A stretch of DNA of 64,000 nucleotides from Octopus vulgaris (lineage: Eukaryota). The stretch is from the NCBI GenBank assembly GCA_951406725.2, contig OX597822.1, positions 51,336,001 through 51,400,000 on the forward strand, given 5' to 3'. A program made the translations under genes and the position numbers. How positions within the stretch are numbered: the stretch's first letter is position 1; the number at the start of each line of letters is the position of its first letter. Below, piece after piece: positions 23,034 to 35,879 of this stretch. Under the pieces are notes generated by a model. That model was not told the origin of the DNA, did no database searches, and worked only from the letters and a program-made list of their open reading frames with translations.

Positions 23034-24620
23034 CAAATTGAGATAGGGGTTGTAAATGCAACCCTCCATGGGATAACATATATCCAATATACTGTTAGTG
23101 AAGTACCCAACACAGTTAATACATAAATGTTAAGGGTTGCGATGCAATCAATTCATTTACTGTATTATATGGGCGAAGGTAAAATGATTTACCACAAATT
23201 ACTAATACAAGTTAAGAAAATGGAGAAATACATCTAAATCAAATATCAATTACCAGATAATACTCAATCACATACTTTATTAAACCATCACATAAGAGAC
23301 TGTAGGATTAAACATAAAAAAGCAGAACAAATCAGTGTACATAAATGAATGTACATAGAAAGTGTACATAAAAGAGTGATGTTGAATAATAAGTAGAATA
23401 TATATAAAAAAGAGAATATACATATAAGTAAATATAAATATAAGTATAGATTACATCTTACAGCTGTTTCGGCCATGTAGATAAGTATGTCTCATTTTAC
23501 CAATATTGGCCTTTTATGGTAGGTCAATATATAGATATAAATGAGACATTTACAAAAATATCATAAGGCCTCCTCGGAGATATACATATACATATGAGTG
23601 CATATACTCACACTCCTATACATATAAAAATATACATATACATAATAATGTAATTAAATAATATAAATTAGTAAACATATATACGTTCCATATTCAATGT
23701 CTCAGTTCTTCAACTTAATATTGTGGTAATAAACATACACATATTAGTACCTAGATGCAAATGTACACAGTCAATAGTACATTATATTACTTCCTACTAA
23801 TTTCCAAAGTGTCCTTAAAGTTAGCATCATTTTTATTGTCAATACAATTAATGTTATCATTATTATCATTCATAATATTATTAATAACGCTTACATTAGG
23901 ATCCGAAGTGGCACATATGTATGTCCGGGTTCAAATTAGTAATTTTCCTTATGACATAAATATACTATTGGATTAGAATTTAAATCATCATTGTCATCAT
24001 CTAGGTTGGTCCGTTGAGAGCCGCCCGACCGCCACCACACCGCACAAGAAAAACATACAAATCCACATCCAACCCTAAACTCACACGTCCACATAAATAC
24101 ACACACACACACATGCACACACACATGAATACACCCCGACACATCTCTACACATTCACTAGATTGCAGAGAGCATGTCTGTCATCGCATGGCTTATAGAC
24201 AAATCAGTACAGTCAGCAGTGTCTATACACTAACACACACACTCACACGCACATCCGCATATACTTATAAATGTTAGTACACTCTTATATACTATGTCAG
24301 GGAACATTCGCACACACATATATACATATTTAAATATATGTCTGCGCACCCATACGTACAAATAAAACCTAGACTTATATCCACCCATGAATAAATATTT
24401 GCATATACATATATACATATCTAAATACGCACCTGCGTACTCATATGTATAAGAAAAGCATACATCCGTACATCCACCTACGAACATACCTATACGCACA
24501 AAAACATACATACGTACACATACACATTTTCACACACCTCGACACCTCCACCCACGTCCACTAAATCATAAATTAAAATATATGCCTGCCCATCCAAAGA
24601 CGTATATATACATACACAAA
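23034..24620 (-). mobile_element. Non-coding Penelope-like/retrozyme-like unit between (TA)n arrays
   Basis: Segments 23034-23290 and 23895-23985 recur joined at 47356-47712; contains a hammerhead motif; right boundary approximate. Confidence 0.55.
23453..23584 (-). ncRNA. Minimal type-I hammerhead ribozyme motif (U4C variant) with extended helix II
   Basis: Minus strand: AUAUCU-CCGAGGA-GGCC-[long hairpin]-GGCC-GAAAC-AGCU-GUA-AGAUGU. Helix I 6 bp, helix III a single C-G pair capped by the palindromic tetraloop AGCU, GUA cleavage triplet. Confidence 0.7.
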
Positions 24621-24739
24621 AAGTAAACAGAAGTTACTATTAACTCAGATATAAGTTCATTAATTATAAATTAAATTAAATTGATTATAAGTTAGTAAGT
24701 GCTAAATAAACAAAAATAAATAATTAATTAAATAAATAA

Positions 24740-24796
<57 letters not shown>

Positions 24797-25473
24797 TATC
24801 CATGTATAGATAAATAGATAAATAAAATGGAATACAAATTAAGAAGATCACAATGATAAACCTAATATAGTAAATATAACAGAGAGTGATAGTGGAAATG
24901 AGGTTTATGTGTGTTTGTGTAAGTGAATTTATGTATTATGTTGCGTCTCTGTGTGCAGCATTACTAATAAGCATTAATATACATCTATATAGTTTCTGAT
25001 AATGTTTCTTTTGTCACGTTAAAGCGTCTATGCATCTAATTAGATGCTGAACTAAGTTTTATCTCAAATACACGAGCTTCTTTAATTTGGTTAATGGTAG
25101 ATACACAAATGCCTCAATTTGCTATCGCAATGTTATTCATATTTAATATCTGTATAAAAATCTCCGGTTGAAAATGCGACATATATTCTCAGTAGAATAA
25201 ATAAAATTGTTATCGAATTACAGAAACGGCAGTTCTAAGGAAACTTAATTTGAATTAGCTACAAAAGTCATACAGGAAATAGTGCTAAGTTGCTATGTTC
25301 AGTGTTCAAAAACGAACAAACTGTTTCATGATTTATCGAATATTTTCAAGGCAAGAGAAAGTCAAGGAACATATTTATGTGAACTCATCAAATAATTAAA
25401 GATTTAGTAAGTCTATTGATTGTAAATAAGATTCTTTTCAGATAATTTACAATATTACACAATATATATTATA

Positions 25474-25569
<96 letters not shown>

Positions 25570-26950
25570 TGCGTTTGTGTGTGTATGTGTGTGTGCGTCT
25601 GTGTGTCTGTGTATAGAAAGTGATGTGATGTACAGAAATTGATTATTGAGAAAAAAGTCGTCAGAATTTTGGAAAAAAATCTTATTTCTTCATTATTATT
25701 AGCGCTTTCGTTCCTTTCTCGGACTTGTGAAATATAATTTGAGAATTATATTTATATATATAAAACCGATATTTTTTGGGTGGGGGAGGGTTTTTTAGAA
25801 GAGAACATTGCTTTTGTTTTTTGGGGTGAGGCTCCATGACATAAAGAGAGAAAGGGAGATAGATGGGAAAGCAAGAGATGAGTTCTGAGGGGCTTTTTCC
25901 ACGATTTCCGGATCTACAGCGGAAATAAAATTTATCTAATGATTTAATCCGGAATTGTTATATTATTTGAAACTAATTTCAAATAGCATGTCAGTCTCAA
26001 TGAATTTACGGTGTCCAATAAGCAGGTTTTTAAGGCACTAAAAATCATCTAAAGAAGCACATTTCCAGAATATAATACAACTGGAAAGGTCAGCTCTCCT
26101 CCTGAAAGACGTAAACATATTTATGGACATACACACCGAAGCTATGGAGGAAGTAGTCACCAACATAATTACGATAGATGAATGCAACATGTATAAATAT
26201 AAAGCTATTAAAAATAAGTGTTGTATCTTACCAAATCATTATAATAACAGGTGCTTTAAATTTAAAATTCTAATAATGATTTGTGAAATAAACAAAAGAA
26301 GAAATCTGATAATTCACTACAAATATTTACGTAATTGCAACTATCCAAGTAGAAATTTACATACATCTGAATAATTCTGAAATGTTGGAACGATAAGAAG
26401 ATTTAGAATTTCATGCCTTACAAGCTTTACTGAAAGTTTACAAATATATCTTTTCAAAACGAAATTTTTATTTGAAAAATATATTATCGTTATTGTAATA
26501 AATTGTACGGTAGATGAAGTTGGTAAGAATCATAGCAGCGATAATAAATGAAATTGGGAGAAGGGACTTCATCTAATTTTGTGTTGCAAGTAAATTTATT
26601 GAATTTTGGTAAGGCCAACTTATGTAATGAATCTTGCTGAAACGCTAGTGGCATTATTTCTTGGGCTGTACACTTGTGTTTATTATATTTACTTTTGAGT
26701 ATACTGTGATTCTTGTTCTTCATTTACATCATCTCTGAATTTATCAAATTCCCTCTATAGATTTCAGAAGCAATTTCTGTTTGATTTTCAATCGCATTTT
26801 AGAATATTCTCTTGTTAGGAGAACGTTGACAACTACACTTAAGTATGTAATTGCATTAAGGCACCATTAAATCACATCGCAATAGAAAGGGTGAAAGGAC
26901 ACCTACTAGAATGGTTTTTAAAAGCAGTCGTTCAGGAGACGTCTTATATA

Positions 26951-27771
26951 AGAGGTCTGTTCAGTAAGTATCCGGACTGCTGCCATAGTAACAGAGTTAA
27001 GGAACGCAGAGTAAAGCTGCTTGGCACAAGTTCACTTTGATCTATGCTCTGCATGTGCACTATGTTTTATTGTTCTAGATCACATCCGCTGCTTACAGCA
27101 GTGCTTTGAGAAAACGTGTGTAGTGTGTGATCGTCGCATTGACCATGAGAGAGAAAGTTCTCATGGTGATACGTGCTCAGAGGCCAACAAAAAGTTGTAA
27201 AAAGTATATGCAGATGAATGTATGAGCCGTACACAAGTGTACGGGTGGGTTCGACGTTTCTAAGATGGCTGAAAACATGTCGATATTGACGAACGTTCTG
27301 GGAAACCCGCAACTAGCAGAACTGAGAAAAACATGCACGTGCGTGCAATTGTGAGAAATAAATTGTCGAATCCCCATCCGTGAGTTATCAGAGAATGCTC
27401 AGATTAGTTACGGTTCAGTTCAGTCCATTATAATTGAAGATTTGGGTATGAGACGCATGTCTGCGAAGTTTGTGACAAAACGGGTTTCACCTGACCAAAA
27501 GGACACTCTTCTTGACTGTGTCCAGAACGATGAAAACTCATCAATGACTTTGCATCTGAGAAGGTATAACCAAGCTTTTGGGAAAATTTGATCCAGATTC
27601 CCTGCTCAACTTTCTCTATCATGATCAATGCAGCGTTCATACGTACACACCTTCTTTTCAATCACTACTGTAAACAACAGAAGTGAGCTAGAACGTTAAA
27701 ACGATCCATCTGAGTGATTTTGTTTTGTTACTATGGCAACAGTCTGGATACTTATCGATCAGATTACGTAT
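26951..27771. mobile_element. Mariner-derived non-autonomous element made of two convergent 5' ends
   Basis: TIRs gtctgttcagtaagtatccggactgctgccatagtaaca / tgttactatggcaacagtctggatacttatcgatcaga; transposase start on + (27144, MREKV...) and on - (27622, MIEKVEQGIWIKFSQKLG). Confidence 0.8.
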
Positions 27772-29166
27772 AAATCTTAACAAACAATAGACTATCAACA
27801 ATGCAACCATTATAAACACTAATACCATAGATATACAACCTTGTTTTATTGAACAAATATCAATTGAAATATTTTAACTGCGAACAATACACGGTCACAT
27901 ATATACACGGTCACATATATACACGGTCACATTTTGAAGACGCTCACTTCTTCAGGCGTTCACCTGGCGTTGGAACGTGTTGGAACGTGTTGGCACATTA
28001 AACTGTTTGTCGGTTGGCAGTTGACAAATGACTAATTTCCTGTCTTATCATTTTGGTTACCTATCAAATATTGGAGAATTGTATGCCGGCGAAATATCGA
28101 TACGATTTTGAATATCGTTCATTATATACTGTCTCTTTGCTGTATTTCAATCGTTGTAACAATCAAAACCCTGCCCATTACCACTTTTAGATATTACTTC
28201 ATTTCTCAACGACTCCATGTTTTACAACAAACAAGATGAAGACAAATATCCGTCAAATGAAAATAATGTAAATATTGTACATAATTCCTCATCTCATAAA
28301 TATAGAACTGCATGATATAACAGAGCAAAATCCTTATTAAAAGTGTTTGTGACATAAAACATGTAAAAACTATCCAAATAATATGAAATACGTTAAGAGT
28401 ACCCAAATTTACATGTTCATATTTCGTCCCACTATGCGTTTAGCGAATTAATTTGTTATAGGAAGATGAAAATGAACAGTCAATAGTGAAGAAAAGGTTT
28501 GTGAATAAACGTTAAATATCCCAGGTACCATTTCTGTACGTCGTGCAGCTTACACACTAATTTTGGAAGAATATTCTGGGTTTTTACAATAAAGATACCA
28601 AGTGTTCCGATTCCGATAAACTGAAAGCAAGTTACCATTATTAAATTTGGCTGCTAACATTTGTGTTTTTTCTTGTATGCTTGAACAAAATGTGCTATGA
28701 GTCAAGATCCTGGTAGCAATGGAACTATCTGGATGACAGAGAAATTAGGTATAAGATCGGGGCCACTGATCACTGATCTTTTTAAAGACAATTAACATAA
28801 TTTTGAGAGAAGTCAAACCAGTGGGGTAGATTACCATTGCGCGTTAGGGGCTCACTGGTCAGTGGGCCTGTAAGAATTATTGTTCGCCGGCTACATGGTG
28901 AATTTCCACTTCCTAATTGACATTTTTTGTATGTTAAATATGAACGAACTAAAGTTATATACGGCGATATGGCTAACAGTATTTGCAACTGAAAAGTTCG
29001 ATTGTAAAAGTCGAAATAATCGACAGTTATAATTACAGCTTCTTATTTATTTATTTTATAAATAGATTCAGGCATTTTCAAATTACTCATTTATTGTAAA
29101 ATTGTTTACATTTCTTGTTTATTTTACATCAGCGCTCTTCAAAGGAAATTTTTGATTTGTGTATGT

Positions 29167-29200
<34 letters not shown>

Positions 29201-30581
29201 TTCTATGAATGCAATATCGGTTTATTGTTCTGCTTTGAACAAAACAATAATTATTATATTTTATTGTATGCCTGGACAAATGTATGCGAGTTGAAAACAT
29301 TGTAGCATATTGCATTAAGAATACCTGCTCGTAAGTAAACAGAATAACAAAAGGTATTTCAGGCATGACCTCACAGAATTTCAAATTATCGTTTATATAC
29401 TGAATCTTCAAAAGAGAATTTTAGATTATTCTGACATCGCTTGTATATATGTTTTCTCAGTTGTTTATACATTTGAAAGAATTAATGAAAAAGAACTTAC
29501 TATTATATAATTGAACTCCCTCTCTGTTATTTAGGCTTAAGTGATGACTTGGAGATGCACTTTCTTCATCTCCGTAATCTCGAACAAAATAATAATGTAT
29601 TTGATTGAATGGTATGCATTATGTATTGCCTTAACTAGGTATAAAACTAATTATTATATCCATTCATAAAATTTGACTTTACATAGATACTTTTATCTCA
29701 TGAGAAACATTACATTACCCCTTCTGTTGAGTACTCGTTCGATAATTGATAATGTGAAATTCACTGCAGAAATATTTTGGTGAAACATAGGCGAGGAAAA
29801 TTCAGGCAGATATACTCAAGACATTTACAACCGAAATATTTTAAGTTTTTCCATGGGTTCAGGGATAGATATTGAACAGATAAACTTATTTTAAACAGAT
29901 AAACCAGTTTTTATAGGTGGCTTTAAAACACATTGCTGTAAAACTATTCATAAAAGTAGCTGGATATGGAACTTTTTCATAGTTGTGCATGTTATCAATA
30001 CGAAATTAAGGAATTACATAGTGGACAGTGCCCTGGAAATTTTCAGCGCGATTTCCTCTCTATGCGACCCGCAGAAAACATCAATCGTGAAGCTGACACC
30101 ATCATTTTGATAAAACGCAATGATTCTGTCCTACGCATTTCGTATTGCAATGACTCGTAACATAGTTTGCCATTGTATTGCATATTCAACGTTTTTATTT
30201 TACCTTTGCTCTTACAGTGAGAACTGACTTTCAACTTGTTATTTTATGTGAAACACTTGCCGAATGTGTATTAAAATACATATTTTCATGGCTTTCTGGA
30301 CGAATTTCTCAGGGAAAGCACTTATGTTTATCCAAGCGACACAAATGGTTTCAACCAAGAATATCCATATATTTTGTACATCAAATTCTACGATGCTGAA
30401 CGTCAGCCTTTCATCACAATGTCGAGTGATTCTGTACTGATTATTGATATATCGATCAATCGATCTTTCTCTCTCTTTATATATATGGACGTACCTATGT
30501 ATGTGTATACACACACACACACACACACGTATATATATATATATATATATATATATTGACATTTATGTATATGTGTGTGTA

Positions 30582-30626
<45 letters not shown>

Positions 30627-31261
30627 ATGTGTGCGTGTGTGTTTTCTGTATGCATGAACATAAATATGTATCGATTGCTATGTAATCATCGGCCGCGGCA
30701 AGCGCTTGATAGTGAAGCTAGAAGGGAACTACACCGCAAGAATCATGTACTTTACAGTGACACCCCCTGTCAATTTAAACACAGAGGACAAACATACGTC
30801 AGAAAGGTTACGCATGAATACGTTTCTTGTAAAATAAATAATGGCGATAATATGAACATGAAGTGTAGCACCTCTTTTTCGCGTGACATTCCGTTACACC
30901 TTGAAAGAAACGAGTGTGAAGTGAAAAAAATAACAAAAAGAAAAGAGGACGGATATAATTGCGAAGTGTCTAGTAAATAACAGAGTGAGTGAGGACTCTC
31001 AAGAGGCAACAATTACTGTCGATTTTGGTTATAACATATTGGATTAGCAGCTGTCGCAAGCTGTCATCAAGATAATATCTTCCATTGAAATATGGTGTTG
31101 TACTGAAAATATATAGAATGCTATCCGCGGAAAACACTTTCTGGCATAAAAATAGACAATTCATATATTATTTTCTACATAAATATCGACAGCAACAAAT
31201 AATATAAAAAAATTAACCAATTCTGCACCAAGTGCTTACGTTCTTGTTATGTTATATATAT

Positions 31262-31346
31262 ATATAAAACTATAAATAAGGGTATCTGAGAGACACCACC
31301 ATACTAAAATAGCAGTAGTGTCTCTCAGATACCCTTATTTATAGTT
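31262..31346. repeat. Hairpin with ~29-bp perfect stem
   Basis: aactataaataagggtatctgagagacac...gtgtctctcagatacccttatttatagtt. Confidence 0.9.
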
Positions 31347-31512
31347 GTAAAAAGTTATTACCTTTGTATGGTATTTATTCCCATACTGGCCACTTGATAA
31401 TATAGATATTGAAATATCGATATTATCCTTATTTATAAATTTATATATATATATATATACGTTTAAATATTTGTTGTGCAAGATTTTTTATGTGAAGTCG
31501 TGTGTTGAAACA

Positions 31513-31655
31513 GATATTGTTATATTTCGGAATGGTCATTTTGCCAGTTTAGCCAATAATATTAATAAACCTGAAGCAAAATAACACCAAATATATGGTG
31601 CGTGTGTCTTTATTGGCTAAACTGGCGAAATGACCATTCCGAAATATAACAATAT
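31513..31655. repeat. Hairpin with ~46-bp stem
   Basis: atattgttatatttcggaatggtcattttgccagtttagccaataa ... ttattggctaaactggcgaaatgaccattccgaaatataacaatat; left flank similar to 3908-3955. Confidence 0.9.
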
Positions 31656-31671
31656 ATATATATATACATAC

Positions 31672-31879
31672 TGATGTTGTTGTTGTTGTTGCGGCCGCTT
31701 GCGAAGTTAACGTTACTGTTGTTATATATATATATGTGTTTTCGTTCATATTTCCATCGGAATGCTTGTTGTTGTTGTTGTTGTTGTTGTTGCTGAGGCC
31801 ATCTGAATCCTCTTTCTTATCTTCCAACGAATCTTTGTGAATGTTTTTTCCATCTCCAGTTTTAGACACGGAACTCTGG
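31672..31879 (-). CDS. Candidate internal coding exon of an unknown host gene (Asn/Thr low complexity)
   Basis: Acceptor ccttactgttcttggtttccAG (31881-31880), open frame QSSVSKTGDGKNIHKDSLEDKKEDSDGLSNNNNNNNNKHSDGNMNENTYIYITTVTLTSQAAATTTTTS, donor TCA|GTATGT (31671). Confidence 0.4.
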
Positions 31880-32114
31880 CTGGAAACCAAGAACAGTAAG
31901 GTCAAGAATTTTCATTCTCATTATGCCAAACTTATGATATATGCTCATATAATGATACACATCCTAGAAGAACAGAATAGAAAAGGGGAGCAAGAACACA
32001 CACGAAGACGGAAAATGTCACTGAAGAGGTCACATATGCGTGACGAAACATTTTCGGGCAATCGATATGAGTTACAATAAGAACAATAATAAATGTATGA
32101 AGAACGAATACGTT

Positions 32115-32525
32115 ATTTTCATTTTTTCATTTTATCATTTTATCTAGTTTCAGCTCACGAGCTGTGGCCATGCTGGGGCACAGCCATTCGGTGTTGCTAC
32201 ATGATTTTACTTCACGAATGCTTTTTAGCAATTGACATTTGGTGCATGGCAGAGCTTGATGCAGCTGCCCTCATCTGCACCTCCTGTCGTGAAGTTAGTT
32301 CATCTTGGACACCTGACAGGAAGAGGTCCAGTTTTATTTTAAAGACATCTGCATCCTCCCCATGCAGGTCTCTCAGGTCCTTCGGGAGGATACTGAAGAG
32401 CTGTGGACCTCTGAAGCCCAGGCTATCACAGTATCTTGTCCTACATCTTGATGGCAAATTTGGAGTCATTTGGCGCTATGCAGTGGCGCCCAGTTCTAGT
32501 ATCTGTGTAACTCTCGATACCAAAG
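32115..32525 (-). mobile_element. CR1/L2-group LINE 3' end (ORF2 C-terminus + 3'UTR)
   Basis: RTRYCDSLGFRGPQLFSILPKDLRDLHGEDADVFKIKLDLFLSGVQDE; tail gccccagcatggccacagctcgtgagctgaaactagataaaatgataaaa. Confidence 0.85.
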
Positions 32526-34832
32526 TTTTCCATAGCAAGAAAAACTGATCATCCCGAATACAGTAATTGTTTTCTTACTTTACTCAATGTCTTCTGGCCC
32601 TACATATAATTGGCCATGACTTTCTGGAGGTTAACCTAAGTGACTATAGAGATATTTCACATCGCTGCCCAACTTATATATATTGACTCGCATGTTGACT
32701 GCTGAGAGATTTTTTCTGTCTTGTGCGTAGAGAGAAAGCTTTTACGAACTAGAACAAACGAAGACCAAGTGTAGGATGTGAAGCTGTTCGTTATATGTAT
32801 GAAATTTGAAGTACCCGGGTTCAGACTCTTAAATTAATGGGTTAACTACTTTCTCCTTTCAAGTGGATAGATGAATAAATAAATATAAAGGAGTATACCA
32901 TGTATTCAAAATTAATGGTGGTAAGACAAAGCTGATTATATATATACGTGCAATTTGCACCACAGATAATCGCAGCAACGATTCTAATTTCAAGCTATCA
33001 AAATGCCTATTGACCAGAGTCTTTTCTTCAGTTATTTTAAACAGCAATTTAGCATTGGAGAAATTTTAGGAAAAGAGAAACATAACTCCATGGCGTACAG
33101 AAATTACACTTCTAAGTGTAATTTTTGCCCAAAGCACAACCCATTTCGAGTCTTAGATGCAAGCCAACAATATGTTTGCTGCGGCAAGAATTTTTCTGTT
33201 GCTTATCACTGGTTAGAAGAATTTGATTTGATGGTTTAAAGGAAACATAAATGGAATCAATCACTGAAGCCAAGAAAGATTTGCAGAAGCCATAATCAGT
33301 GCTCCTTTTTTCATATGTAGCAAATAATATATACGACTTCATATTTTCGAATACGTATACACGTAAACAAATAATTGTTTCCGTGTGTGCATTAATTCTT
33401 GGTTTTAAAGAGATACATACATGCATACATACATACATACATACGAAGATTAAAATGCAAGATCACTAACGCTAACAATAAATAGATAAATAGAAAGATA
33501 GATATTCTTCCTGTCAAAACTTTTTCTATGCGCTGCTAGTTTTTATAAATATATTTCTCAATCATTGTTCAGCATTAATAAATCTTTCGTCCACATCTCA
33601 CATTTTATGCATGTAACAATATTTTCAAAGAGATATATTGTCATTGAATCATTTTTTTCTTATTACTAAGACATCTGACTTCTAATTAATCTACTTTCTC
33701 CTTTCTTTTGCCCTCCTCTTCTTACGTGTCCTATGCATCATCATCTCCAACACTTTCAACACCAGGACGAATGGAACGTGTCTTCCTCGCTTCTTTCTTT
33801 TCCTACTCCTTTCTTTTCATTCCTTTGTGTTTCATACGTTTTTTCTTCAATATTTTGTCGTTTTTTATTGTTTGCAACTTTTCATACATTTGTCACGCGC
33901 TTTGTTTGAGTGAAAGAATTCTTCTTTTGCAAGTTCATCGTAATCTGCTTCCGGTTCCCACAATGTCTTCATTCTAACAAATACTTTTATTCAAATCTTT
34001 CAAATGTATTTCTTTTATTTTTTAAAATATCATTTCCCAGATTATCACACAAAAAAAAAAGAAAACGTTTTCTAAATGGCATTTCTTTGTGCTTCCATTG
34101 TTGCTTTTTCGTAATCTTGCTTCTTCTGAACAGTGCAATAAATTATATATTTCAAATTTTTCTCCGACATTGCTTCAGACTCTACTTAAGATAAAAATGA
34201 TTCACTAGTGAAGAATGAATTCTTATCTACTTTTTCCGAGGCTAAATCTATTCCCTAGTTTGCATTTCTTAAATTACGTTGGAAACAATTCATACAACAT
34301 TATGAATATTCCAGCAATATAAACGAAAAATTTCTTAGGAAAATATACCAAAATTTGTTATCAATTCAACATAAAGGACTATAAAGAGGCATGTCGTTAC
34401 AATATGTAAATTGATGTGAAGAAACAATCCTTAATTTACTTTATAAATTTGCATAAAGCTTGTTTGCAGCTGAATTTATGTATATAAATTAGTTTAAATA
34501 TTTCGAAATGTATCCATTAGTTTATGCGCATACACACACAAACATTCACATAACACACGCATATGTAACAGTGTGTGTGTGTGTGTTATGTACTACATAG
34601 GTGAGTATGCTCATAAAATTATGGATGTGTGTGCGCGTGTGCGAGTGTCTATACTTCTGTAAACATGTAGCTTTGCATGTGTATGCGTATGTATATTTCT
34701 CTTCTAACAGTTACCACTGATATTTTTTTAAGTTTATGCGTATACAAAAGTGTTCAAATTAAACGTACACTGCTTTATTTTAATAAATTAATTTATCCTT
34801 TCCATTATCTTTATTTTGAATTTTTTTTATTA

Positions 34833-35374
34833 TTGAGTAGAGCATGCCAACAACGTGACACTGGGGTAAGATATACGAAGCCCAATATAGTCATGATGAC
34901 TACCCGTCTAATAAGGTTACACCAGGCACATGCAGCACAATCATATGTGCACGACATAGTGATCTCATATCAATGTTAACAGCGGATGACCTTGCAGATG
35001 GGGCCTAGTCACAATTTTCTTCAGGTCGAGTAGCCAATCCTGCTCAAAAGCTCCCTGAATAAGGGATGTTTAAGGGTGTGGAAATAAACACCCATGTTTC
35101 CAAAGGTGAATTATGCAAATCCCAACGTATTACTCTCAACACATGGGTATGATGCTCCCCCATTACTTCTGATCGTGATCAGGGATGCACATATCCTCAG
35201 CCACTAAGAGTCATACTCAACTGGTTATGGTCAAGCAATTGACAAGCAAATCTGTATTAATGAGCAAAATATTTGCTGTAGCCCATCTTTTATACAAAGA
35301 CAAAGTACGTTATAACACTTCCACTCAATTAAAAGGAGAACCCATGAGAGTACTGCCTGATACTCCATCAGGGC

Positions 35375-35376
<2 letters not shown>
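34833..35376 (-). mobile_element. ~550-bp (TAA)n-associated non-coding element, full-length copy
   Basis: Colinear with 58153-58700 end to end; flanked by tta repeats. Confidence 0.85.
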
Positions 35377-35428
<52 letters not shown>

Positions 35429-35472
35429 CATTATCATCATCATCATCATCATCATCACCATCACCATCACCG

Positions 35473-35505
<33 letters not shown>

Positions 35506-35565
35506 ACATCATTATCATCATCATCATCATTATCATCATCATCATCATCATCATCATCATTATTA

Positions 35566-35614
<49 letters not shown>

Positions 35615-35679
35615 CATTATTACTTTTTTTTTCTTCTTTCAAATTTGCTTCATCATCATCATCACCATCACCATCACCG

Positions 35680-35733
<54 letters not shown>

Positions 35734-35813
35734 ACATCATCATCATTATCATCATCATCATCATTATCATCATCATCATCATTATTATTATTATCATTAT
35801 TATTATTATTATA

Positions 35814-35877
<64 letters not shown>
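35377..35877. repeat. Compound (TTA)n/(TCA)n microsatellite with higher-order duplication
   Basis: Block tcatcaccatcaccatcaccgtcatca...tcaacatca...ttatca occurs twice (from ~35435 and from ~35650). Confidence 0.9.

Positions 35878-35879
<2 letters not shown>

Noticed and set aside
25080-26830. Possible degenerate transposase or small exons (e.g. REFDKFRDDVNEEQESQYTQ on minus, ~26693-26754)
   Set aside because: No recognisable motif, frequent stops and weak splice signals.
30016-30135. Short open frames on both strands in a GC-richer patch
   Set aside because: No supported splice pair or homology.
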